Virus record (IMG/VR): IMGVR_UViG_3300037264_001145
Coordinates: 1-64,000 of that record
Reading direction: 5' to 3' (one strand)
DNA from: a virus
DNA: 64,000 nt
Each line of letters begins with the position of its first letter. Within the stretch, counting starts at the first letter, position 1. The notes under the pieces were generated by a model. That model was given only the letters and a program-made list of their open reading frames with translations, was not told where the DNA came from and searched no databases. A program made the position numbers and the translations under genes. This document shows positions 39,201 through 46,445 of this stretch, piece by piece.

Positions 39201-39538
39201 GAGGCCCAATTCCATTTATCAGAGGACACAAATGCCCCTATTGTAAGGGTCGCGGCTTTTTAAAGAGAGGGGTAAATAGGTGTATAAAATGCTTAGTGAA
39301 GTGGAATCCGGGAGATGCACAGGATTACGGAATTAGTCTTTTAGACCCAGGGAGTGTTGTCAAATTAAAGGGGTTCTTGACAGACGGAGACGATATGGTT
39401 ATGTGTAAATCGGCTATTATTAATCACGATATATCCGATATTCTTAAGTTGAGAGTAGTATTAATAAAAGGTCCGATTATTATAGGTCTTAGAGAAAGTA
39501 GATATATGATAACTTTCTGGAAGTTGACGGATTCATAA
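36218..39538 (+). CDS. Long DLFIxG-repeat protein ending in a second copy of the neck-like domain
   Basis: LLEDG..LLLE N-terminus; about 5 x 18-aa SLxDTITLSDA repeats; about 55 x 14-aa repeats; C-terminal paralog of ORF 32868. Confidence 0.75.
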   Translation: MADRYLIEGSAADGYLLEDGTGVLLLEQQAVAHEKSLGDTITLTDAKTALVSISISTDAITLSDAEVATVSVSLTDTITLSDAETAIASVSLSDTITLSDAETATVSVSLTDTVTLSDAQEIVSTKTADIDLFINGYDTKTTDIDLFVRGYEFFNNDNLELFVQGKETKTQSIDLFIYGYATFTIDTDLFIHGYEFFNNDNLELFIQGKDSKNQSLNLFIKGADSKNSDIDLFIEGKDAKSQDLDLFIHGHEPFNNDNLELFIHGYESFNNDNLELFIYGQEAETKSLDLFIQGDVSFTAAIDLFVRGHESFSNDTLELYIGGKEAETQDIDLFINGQASFNDSLELFIHGQETETQSIDLFISGIIAQTPFNYDIDLFIRGHQTKTTDIDLAIFGKNTDNQSLDLFIEGFDTDSKELDLFIRGYESFNNSNLELFIGGQDTKTQSLDLFINGYESFNYDLDLFIHGKDPENQSIDLFIKGFNTDNRGLDLFISSFEVINNDNLELYIGGKDNKTQDIDLFIGGKAAESISLDLAINGHVSFNASLPLFMNGQDAENQSLDLFIEGHDSKNQSLDLFIKGLAANTSSLDLFINGRDNNSGDIDLYIEGSIASTQAIDLFVSGIGFENQDLTLFISSLNITTKSLNLFISGPIYASGDCELFIHGHASQTQSIDLFVGGYESVNESLELFIKGQDSKNNEIDLFITGKDTKSQDIDLFTHGKNSETKDVDLFINGFDNKTQDLDLFIHGKDTQSDQIDLAINGIAGHNQSVDLFVHGKNTDNQSIDLVINGYATDTSEIDLFIFGMDLNSIFDSIDLFISGPITFNNSCDLFIKGREDNTNNCDLVINGHKTNTNNITLFINGFNNQTDNVDLFIRGLLSEDNDIDISLVGHASLNDNIDLFIRGFTTGVTSVSGELTLIMKGSFVPVGVSCPTLDPNTSIQIGDDLIEIYQGRIDSVINQLGKNVLLEFDPIIEPCTNCVFDTMNGRSTGIYRVGGPIPFIRGHKCPYCKGRGFLKRGVNRCIKCLVKWNPGDAQDYGISLLDPGSVVKLKGFLTDGDDMVMCKSAIINHDISDILKLRVVLIKGPIIIGLRESRYMITFWKLTDS

Positions 39539-39540
39539 TT

Positions 39541-40227
39541 ATGATAAAACTAACAGTTGTACCATCTGCACAATTCGACAAACAACTGGAAGAGGGTGTT
39601 GTTAAATATGGATCAATCGCCATTAATAATAGAATAGCCTTCACCTTTAAACAAATAGCTTCAGAAGTAGGAAATTTTATAGCAAATACTGTTAGTCAAA
39701 CAGATGTTATGAAAGCATTAAGGGGGCAAGGAGGAGAAGATTTGCCCGCTCATTTTGGTTTGTCTGATGGGGATGCAAACGGGTTGGTTGAGGGAATGTT
39801 AGACATTATACGGAACAGCGTTGAGGTTGCGTTCAACACACAAAACTCGGATGGTAGAGGAACCATAATTATTCGAGCAGTAGAAAGTGATTTTCAAAAA
39901 TTCATGGCGTTGCCAGGAGCCCAATATGTTTCACAACCGTCTAATATAACGATTCCAGTTATGGAATGGATGCTTTTTGATCCTTCTATAGATATTGGTG
40001 CGGCAGCATATCAGATTGTTTTTCAGGGAGACAAGAATTTTCATTCCGAAAATTCTAGAAGCGGAAGAGCTATTATGGTTAGTCTAGAAAAACTTGGTGG
40101 TGGAGGGGGTTATGTTTTACCGAGCATTATAAGTCAAACAGGTGGAGCTAACTTCTTAGAATTTGCAATAGCCCAAAAGGGTGTGGCCCAGAATGTTGCT
40201 CAAATTGTAATTGATAGGATTAAATAA
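39541..40227 (+). CDS. Putative neck/tail-completion protein
   Basis: Position between the neck and tail-terminator-like genes. Confidence 0.45.
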   Translation: MIKLTVVPSAQFDKQLEEGVVKYGSIAINNRIAFTFKQIASEVGNFIANTVSQTDVMKALRGQGGEDLPAHFGLSDGDANGLVEGMLDIIRNSVEVAFNTQNSDGRGTIIIRAVESDFQKFMALPGAQYVSQPSNITIPVMEWMLFDPSIDIGAAAYQIVFQGDKNFHSENSRSGRAIMVSLEKLGGGGGYVLPSIISQTGGANFLEFAIAQKGVAQNVAQIVIDRIK

Positions 40228-40229
40228 AA

Positions 40230-41060
40230 ATGAAAACAAAAACCAGTAGAAGAAGATGGACAAAAGAACAATGTGATATTTTATTTAAATTTTATCCAAG
40301 TATGGGCTCAGAATATTGTTCAAAATTATTAAATAAAACAAGAATGTCTATTCTACATAAAGCCGTTAAATTAAACTTAAAATCTGATCATACGGAATGG
40401 AAACAGGAGGAAATAAATATTTTGAAAAGATTTTATACAAATAATGGTCCAAAATATTGCTACAAACTAATTAAAAGAAGTCAAAGTGCTATAAGGTCAA
40501 TGGCAATAAAACTAAATTTAAAAACTATGATTGCAAATAGTAATAACTTACCAAAAAAGACTGTAATTAAAAAAATATCAAACAGTCAAGTTGTGTCAAC
40601 ATGTAATATGCATGGTGAAACCACACACGAATATAGAAACAATAAAATATATGGGTGTAAAAAATGTAGAATTATTTCGGAATCTAAACGTCCCATATAT
40701 AATTTTACCAAAAGAATAAGATGTTTAATTAGAAATAGTTTTAAAAGAATTGATAATAAAAATGGTGTTTCTATATCCAGAGGTTGTTTTAGAAACTTAG
40801 ATTATACTCCAACACAATTATATAATTATTTAACTAATATTAAAAAATTACAAGACAATAAATGCCCTATATGTAAAAGTTCTTACGACAAGTGCGAGAT
40901 GAATATAGAGCATGTTATTCCGTTAGAAAAAGCAAAAACAGAGCAACAAGTTATAGATTTATTTGATTTAAAGAATTTAAACTTAATGTGTAAATCATGC
41001 AATTCGTCAAAGAGTAGTAAAAATTATAATATATGGATGGAGAATAGAAAATGTCATTAA
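40230..41060 (+). CDS. HNH homing endonuclease
   Basis: WTKEQ..IL...Y repeats; CPIC...NIEHVIPL...NLNLMCKSCNSSK. Confidence 0.85.
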   Translation: MKTKTSRRRWTKEQCDILFKFYPSMGSEYCSKLLNKTRMSILHKAVKLNLKSDHTEWKQEEINILKRFYTNNGPKYCYKLIKRSQSAIRSMAIKLNLKTMIANSNNLPKKTVIKKISNSQVVSTCNMHGETTHEYRNNKIYGCKKCRIISESKRPIYNFTKRIRCLIRNSFKRIDNKNGVSISRGCFRNLDYTPTQLYNYLTNIKKLQDNKCPICKSSYDKCEMNIEHVIPLEKAKTEQQVIDLFDLKNLNLMCKSCNSSKSSKNYNIWMENRKCH

Positions 41061-41983
41061 TTTTCAAGGGAGTTGAAGAGGGGGGATACGGTGGATATAG
41101 CCTTACAGATCAATTACTCTACAACCTGAAAGGATGGATTGACTGGGCTCTCTTACATCATGGAGCGTATAATATCTACACGCTTAGTCAAGATTCTTAT
41201 TTTGCAAATGATGAATCAGTTTTATATCCCGTACCAGACGGAAGACTGCCCGACCGAACCGTGTACAATGGCGTTGGAAGAGAATGGGTTTGGGAGACTG
41301 ACGCAATAGTACCCAGTGGTGCAGCGGAACCATTTAGAGTATCGGGAGTTTATGTTAATGACAATTTTGTGTCAAGCGGCAGTACGGGAATAAGTAGGTT
41401 TCATACAGATTATAGAAACGGTAGAATTATATTTGATCAATCACAAGGGGTGGACGATGTTATATCGGCAAATTATACCAGCAGGGGCGTTTATGTTGGG
41501 ATGGCGGACAGCGAAGAGTTTAATTTGTTAATGCTTGATTCGGTAGAAGAATTTCTTACAAACGATGTTCCATCTGGAACGCCGTCTAAAGACCATCAAG
41601 TGTGGCTTCCAAGTGTTTTCTTGGAGTTAGATTCTGGAACTGGTAGAGGTTTGGCCTTGGGTGGTGGTCAGATAAAAACAAGAATCATTACTTTACATAT
41701 TTTTGCGGATTCGGCTGGAGATAGAAATTTGCTTATGGACTGGTTAGATTTTCAAAATAGAGCTAATTTCTGGATGGCTGATTTAAATGCAATAACACTT
41801 CCTTTTAATGAATACGGAGATGTTGTTCCAGGAACTACAAATTGGGCAGATTTAACAATTAGTCATCCGTGGAAAAAATTGAGAATAATGGATGGTTCTG
41901 TAAAAAGAATTAATTCATTAAATACCAAGTTGTTTCGTGCTACGGTAAGATATAAAGTAGAAATTGATGTTGGAAGTATTTAA
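41051..41983 (+). CDS. Tail terminator-like protein
   Basis: WLPSVFLE...LGGGQ...TLHIFA; directly upstream of the tail tube gene. Confidence 0.55.
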   Translation: MSLIFKGVEEGGYGGYSLTDQLLYNLKGWIDWALLHHGAYNIYTLSQDSYFANDESVLYPVPDGRLPDRTVYNGVGREWVWETDAIVPSGAAEPFRVSGVYVNDNFVSSGSTGISRFHTDYRNGRIIFDQSQGVDDVISANYTSRGVYVGMADSEEFNLLMLDSVEEFLTNDVPSGTPSKDHQVWLPSVFLELDSGTGRGLALGGGQIKTRIITLHIFADSAGDRNLLMDWLDFQNRANFWMADLNAITLPFNEYGDVVPGTTNWADLTISHPWKKLRIMDGSVKRINSLNTKLFRATVRYKVEIDVGSI

Positions 41984-42040
41984 AATTTGTGTATAAAACC
42001 ATAAGATGGGATAGTTTCTTTATAGAAAGGTGATTAAGTT

Positions 42041-43087
42041 ATGGCAAATAACAGAGTCTTTTATGCTATTCAGGCGCTTGGATTTGCTCCACATAATACG
42101 GTTGATCCAGCGAATACTCTCGAACCGTCAGGATTTGTTACGGCAAACGGTGTGCAAAGCGTTGGTTTGACAACCACATTTAATCTGGAACAAGTCTTCG
42201 AACTTGGTCAACTTGACCTTTATGAAAATATCGAAGGTATTCCAGATATTGAGATGACGGCCCAAAAGGTTTTGGATGGTTATCCTCTGTTGTATCATCT
42301 TGGCACACCAGGGGCGACTTCTCCTACCCTGATCGGAAGATCTAATGAAAGAACTTATGTTGCATTGAATATTTATCCAGACACGAACGACAATGCTTCT
42401 GGTATCCCTCTACAAAGCGTAGGCATGTCTGGTATGTTCGTTTCTTCGTTATCATACACTCTCAATGTTGATGGTAATTCAACAGAAGATGTCACGTTTG
42501 TAGGCAATAACAAGGAATGGTTTCAGTCTGGTGTATTTTTCAGTCCAGTCGGATTTGACGGAACAGACGAACCGCTTGCCCTAGCTGCTTCCGGAGGTGT
42601 TCAAAGACGAGAGAATGTCATCATGGGTTCTGGCGCAAGTGGTAGTCTATGGCCAATAGAAATTCCTGGCATCAACGGAGCGGGATATAATTTGGTGGAT
42701 GGAGATTCGTTTGCGGTACACTTCCAAACTGTTACAGTTTCTACAGACTTAGGACGAACAGACTTGTTTGAGCTTGGCCGCAGAGGACCATATCATAGAT
42801 TCGTTTCATTCCCTATCGAAGTTACGTGCGCAATAGATATTACCACAAGCGAAGGGGATTTGATTGATGCGCTTGCCGATCCTCCTGGCGGAACAAATCT
42901 AACAGATCAGACGATCAAGATATATATGGACGAAGGAACGATCTTAGATTTGGGAACGAAGAATAAATTGGCTTCGATAAATTACGGTGGGGGAGATACG
43001 GGTGGGGGTAACGTGACCACTTCTTTCCAATATAGTACCTTCAATAAGCTTGACGTGACGCACCCCCAAGATCCAGCAAATCAATAG
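42041..43087 (+). CDS. Major tail (tube) protein
   Basis: ANGVQSVG.TT.FNLEQVFELGQ..LYENIE; internally duplicated ELG motif; own promoter-like motif and terminator. Confidence 0.75.
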   Translation: MANNRVFYAIQALGFAPHNTVDPANTLEPSGFVTANGVQSVGLTTTFNLEQVFELGQLDLYENIEGIPDIEMTAQKVLDGYPLLYHLGTPGATSPTLIGRSNERTYVALNIYPDTNDNASGIPLQSVGMSGMFVSSLSYTLNVDGNSTEDVTFVGNNKEWFQSGVFFSPVGFDGTDEPLALAASGGVQRRENVIMGSGASGSLWPIEIPGINGAGYNLVDGDSFAVHFQTVTVSTDLGRTDLFELGRRGPYHRFVSFPIEVTCAIDITTSEGDLIDALADPPGGTNLTDQTIKIYMDEGTILDLGTKNKLASINYGGGDTGGGNVTTSFQYSTFNKLDVTHPQDPANQ

Positions 43088-43113
43088 CTCCTGGATGAGT
43101 GATATTGGTGTAT

Positions 43114-43146
43114 AAGAAGGATAGAGAGATCTATCCTTCTTTTTTA
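43114..43146 (+). terminator. Rho-independent terminator after the tail tube gene
   Basis: AAGAAGGATAGA-GAGA-TCTATCCTTCTT followed by Ts. Confidence 0.85.
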
Positions 43147-43158
43147 TTGGAGTAATTT

Positions 43159-43761
43159 ATGGAATCAAAAGAAAGAACTAAAAAATGGAGAAAGAAAAAA
43201 ATTATTAGTGGCTTATGTCCAAGTTGCGGACAAGAAAAGACTTCTGGCAAAAGATGTATAAAATGTTTAAAGAATGCCAAATTGGACAATCAAAGGCGTC
43301 GTAAAGAAAGATTTGAACAAGGGTTGTGTGTTAATTGTGGAAAAAATCCACATAAAGAAAATATGAAAAGATGTCAAGAGTGTTGTGATAAACATCTTCA
43401 GTGGTATAAACAATCTGAATATGTTGAAAAGAATAGGGGATTAGATAAAAAAAGAAGACAAGACAGAAAGTTAAGAATCATTAATCATTATGGTGGAAAA
43501 TGTATTTGTTGTGGAGAAAAAGAATTAATTTTTCTTTGTTTGGATCATATTGATGGTGGAGGAAATGAACACCGAAGACAAATAGGTAATGCAAAAAATA
43601 GATGTGGCTCAAGTAGCACAAATTTTTATAGATGGATAGAAAAAAATAACTATCCAGATATACTTCAACTTTTGTGTCATAACTGTAACGCCGCGAAGGA
43701 AATAAATAATGGAATCTGCCCCCATCAACAAAAAATTCTATTGACCGAGAACGTACAATAA
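43159..43761 (+). CDS. HNH endonuclease with N-terminal Zn fingers
   Basis: LCPSC, LCVNC; YGGKCICCGE...LCLDHIDGGG...LLCHNCN. Confidence 0.85.
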   Translation: MESKERTKKWRKKKIISGLCPSCGQEKTSGKRCIKCLKNAKLDNQRRRKERFEQGLCVNCGKNPHKENMKRCQECCDKHLQWYKQSEYVEKNRGLDKKRRQDRKLRIINHYGGKCICCGEKELIFLCLDHIDGGGNEHRRQIGNAKNRCGSSSTNFYRWIEKNNYPDILQLLCHNCNAAKEINNGICPHQQKILLTENVQ

Positions 43762-43836
43762 GATATGGGGTCACTGACACAGGTATCTTAGGGGTTTTAG
43801 ATATATGTGCCTTGATCCTATTTTTATTGGTACGAT

Positions 43837-43965
43837 ATGGGATTATGTAGAAGAGTCATAAAATATAGAAAGAAAAATAGTCTTTGCCCGGTTTGCGGCA
43901 AACCCAATGTAAAAGGCGAGCATTTTTGCGCCCAACATTTACCAAAAAAGGAGGAAAAAAAATGA
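43837..43965 (+). CDS. Small Zn-finger peptide
   Basis: MGLCRRVIKYRKKNSLCPVCGKPNVKGEHFCAQH; ATGA overlap with the next gene. Confidence 0.45.
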   Translation: MGLCRRVIKYRKKNSLCPVCGKPNVKGEHFCAQHLPKKEEKK

Positions 43966-44129
43966 GATATTGGCCGACAGATAAAAAATATGAATACGTT
44001 CGAGAGGATGGTGAAATTTGGACTCTTACAAATATGCTCAAAAGAGATGTTAATCCCACAATTGTTTATGATGAAGATATACAAGTGCCTAAAATTGTTT
44101 ATAGAACAATGGAAAGAATATTTGTATGA
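43962..44129 (+). CDS. Hypothetical protein
   Basis: AAGGAGG RBS before ATG 43962 (MRYWPTDKK). Confidence 0.5.
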   Translation: MRYWPTDKKYEYVREDGEIWTLTNMLKRDVNPTIVYDEDIQVPKIVYRTMERIFV

Positions 44130-44419
44130 CAGAAATTTGTCCAATTTGCAAAGGCAAAGGTAAAATTCCATACGAGAGAGAAATTCATCCTGATGTTGTG
44201 ATTCCGTCAACAACTAATATGGAGGTACGAATGGCACAATGTCATGGATGTAATGGAAAAGGATGGATTAGTCCCAATAACGAACATTGGTATCCACCAG
44301 ATTATCCTATCTATCCGTCTTATCCTGTTTACCCAACTTACCCAACTTGCCCAACTTACCCACATCCTACGTGGTACAATGCGACGATGCAATATGACAA
44401 AAGCAGAATATTTAAATAA
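44126..44419 (+). CDS. DnaJ-type Zn-finger protein with Tyr-Pro repeats
   Basis: CPICKGKG, CHGCNGKG; YPxYPx repeats. Confidence 0.6.
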   Translation: MTEICPICKGKGKIPYEREIHPDVVIPSTTNMEVRMAQCHGCNGKGWISPNNEHWYPPDYPIYPSYPVYPTYPTCPTYPHPTWYNATMQYDKSRIFK

Positions 44420-44484
44420 TTTAATTGATTCTGGGGTATAATATAATAGTTGGTTTGGTAAATATGGTTCTTAAAGGAGAAACT

Positions 44485-44763
44485 ATGAAGCGTTTTATGG
44501 GTTGTATTTTGGGCTTGGCTCTATTGGTCAGCACAGGATGTGCGTCAAAGACAGTTCTAGGGGTAGGCAAGTGTCAGATTGGTGTACGCACAGCGGCCCA
44601 CGCATGGCAAGGTCCATCTGCGGGTCACAACGAAGCTACAGGGGAATCAAGAGCTACACTTGGTTTCGTGTCAGTAGGGGTTATAGGAAAAGTTGTAGAA
44701 AATGTTGAGGCCGTTACTTTTCAAAGCGTAACTGGTGAAACATCCGTCGTAGACGGCGAGTAA
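44485..44763 (+). CDS. Putative lipoprotein
   Basis: AAAGGAG RBS; MKRFMGCILGLALLVSTGC lipobox. Confidence 0.7.
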   Translation: MKRFMGCILGLALLVSTGCASKTVLGVGKCQIGVRTAAHAWQGPSAGHNEATGESRATLGFVSVGVIGKVVENVEAVTFQSVTGETSVVDGE

Positions 44764-44778
44764 GGTGTATAAGTAGTT

Positions 44779-44866
44779 GTGCGGGCGTCGGTACGCCATT
44801 CATTCGCGTTGGACGCATCTCGCTATTTTAGGCCGAAAGAGACCCTGCTTTGCAGGGTTTCTTTTA
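44779..44866 (+). ncRNA. Candidate small structured RNA
   Basis: GC-rich intergenic segment between a GGTGTATAAG motif (44764) and a terminator; two GCGT-loop-ACGC hairpins. Confidence 0.35.
44836..44866 (+). terminator. Rho-independent terminator
   Basis: AAAGAGACCCTGC-TTT-GCAGGGTTTCTTTT. Confidence 0.8.
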
Positions 44867-44892
44867 TTTCGACAAAGAATTTTAAAAGTTTT

Positions 44893-44901
44893 TGGTATAA
44901 T
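44893..44901 (+). promoter_or_regulatory. Extended -10 promoter (TGnTATAAT) for hpt
   Basis: TGGTATAAT ends 5 nt before ATG 44907; no SD sequence. Confidence 0.55.
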
Positions 44902-44906
44902 CATAT

Positions 44907-45476
44907 ATGATCAAGCTTAACGACGAGTTACTGTCTGGTAAGCTACAGCCGTTGATTGCTAGTGGCAACATACAAAACAGGGTTCGTGGGATGGCTCATG
45001 AAATCAATGCGTTTTATGGGTGGGAAAAAGGAGAGTTGGTTGTTGTTGGTTTGGCTGACGGAGCAAGTATCTTTTTATCAGACCTGATTAGATCAATACC
45101 CTTTAAAATTAGTTTGAATTTTGTAAAGGTAAAAACATATTGCGGGACAGAAAAGGTTGGTAGAAGCAGGATTGATACCGGGGAATTTTCTGATGATTTT
45201 TGTCACTCTATGGAAGGCAACAATGTATTGATTGTCGATGATGTTTTTGATACGGGAGAATCACTTCAGTCTGTTTGGGAAGCTGTTAACATATTTGGTC
45301 CAAAGACTATAAAAACAGCCGTTTTGATCAACAAGTACAAACAGAGAGACTGCGAGATAAAACCAGACTTTGTGGGTTTTAATGTTGCAGACAAATTCAT
45401 AGTCGGCTATGGTATGGACTACAACAATTACTATAGAAATTTAACAGATATATGTGTATTAAATATGGTGATATGA
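44907..45476 (+). CDS. hpt: Hypoxanthine(-guanine) phosphoribosyltransferase
   Basis: VVVGLADGASIFLSDL; VLIVDDVFDTGESL (PRPP loop); FIVGYGMDY..YYRNL. Confidence 0.9.
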   Translation: MIKLNDELLSGKLQPLIASGNIQNRVRGMAHEINAFYGWEKGELVVVGLADGASIFLSDLIRSIPFKISLNFVKVKTYCGTEKVGRSRIDTGEFSDDFCHSMEGNNVLIVDDVFDTGESLQSVWEAVNIFGPKTIKTAVLINKYKQRDCEIKPDFVGFNVADKFIVGYGMDYNNYYRNLTDICVLNMVI

Positions 45477-45477
45477 T

Positions 45478-45822
45478 ATGGCAAAATATTATTGTCAAAA
45501 TAATCAGTTCAAAACTATAGTTGATGCACCGTCTCCACTGGCGGCTGTTGAAAAAACATTAAGAAAAATAATGAATGACGAAGAAGTTCTTGGCTTATTG
45601 ATGATAATTGGTGAACGAGGTTTTAGTTACAAGCAAGATAATTTGTTGGTTCCAGTCATTCCTGTCTTGAAACAAATGAATGTTATTGACGAAGATATTG
45701 ATTTAGAAAAATTGATTTGCGAATCGTTAAAGATTAAAAGAAAAGATATTTCGGACAAAGAAATAAACTGGTTAATAACTGGAAGATTAGAAGAAGGAGA
45801 AGGAGATGTCGCTAAGGATTAA
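45478..45822 (+). CDS. Hypothetical protein
   Basis: 114 aa, coupled to hpt. Confidence 0.6.
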   Translation: MAKYYCQNNQFKTIVDAPSPLAAVEKTLRKIMNDEEVLGLLMIIGERGFSYKQDNLLVPVIPVLKQMNVIDEDIDLEKLICESLKIKRKDISDKEINWLITGRLEEGEGDVAKD

Positions 45823-46141
45823 AGATGGGGAAAATGAGATTGAAATTTTGTTTGATCATATAAATGAAAAAACTGATTTAAACGAAGAAGTTAGGGCAAG
45901 CCGGATTAGTTCTTTATATCCCTTGCCACCTAATACAAAAGGGACACTGGTGACAATGAAATGTAATGGTCAATTACCAATTACCGCCGTATCTTTATGT
46001 AGTCCAAAAGATAATTTTTCTAAATCCACAGGAAGAAAATTAGCTTTATCAAGAGCTATAAAAATAGCAAAAGAACGTAAAATTATTGATAAAAAGATAA
46101 GTAAAATAATATGGAATGAATATCGAAAGAATTGTAAATAA
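45806..46141 (+). CDS. Phage hypothetical protein
   Basis: CSPKDNFSKSTGRKLALSRA motif; AGGAG RBS. Confidence 0.6.
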   Translation: MSLRIKDGENEIEILFDHINEKTDLNEEVRASRISSLYPLPPNTKGTLVTMKCNGQLPITAVSLCSPKDNFSKSTGRKLALSRAIKIAKERKIIDKKISKIIWNEYRKNCK

Positions 46142-46142
46142 C

Positions 46143-46325
46143 ATGAGAAAAGAAAGAAAATTCAAGAAACAAAAAGTTGATGAAACCATAATATCCTCTA
46201 TTAGTAGTCCTAACGCATGGACCGAGGCTGACGAGGAAGAATGGCTTAAACAACCAGCTTTTGAACTACGGAAACGATTCCCTCCAATGTCTAAACCAAG
46301 GCACGTTAATTATATCGTAAATTAA
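46143..46325 (+). CDS. Small hypothetical protein
   Basis: MRKERKF... in frame with track ORF 46116. Confidence 0.45.
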   Translation: MRKERKFKKQKVDETIISSISSPNAWTEADEEEWLKQPAFELRKRFPPMSKPRHVNYIVN

Positions 46326-46353
46326 TGAAATAATCCCCATTTCTTGTCTTGCT

Positions 46354-46380
46354 AATGGCCGGTCCTCGGCCATTTTTATT
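46354..46380 (+). terminator. Probable terminator
   Basis: AATGGCCG-GTCCT-CGGCCATT followed by TTTATT. Confidence 0.7.
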
Positions 46381-46445
46381 GTGTATAAACCAATAGGATA
46401 GCAGTAGGATAAGCAGCACCACTATATTCGTGTGTTGGGAATTTT

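Noticed and set aside
43764-43830. Long imperfect hairpin after the HNH gene
   Set aside because: Pairing has several mismatches and G-U pairs; it cannot be distinguished from a weak terminator or chance.
44831-44838. GGCCGAAA suggesting a hammerhead ribozyme
   Set aside because: No CTGATGA core or matching stems nearby.
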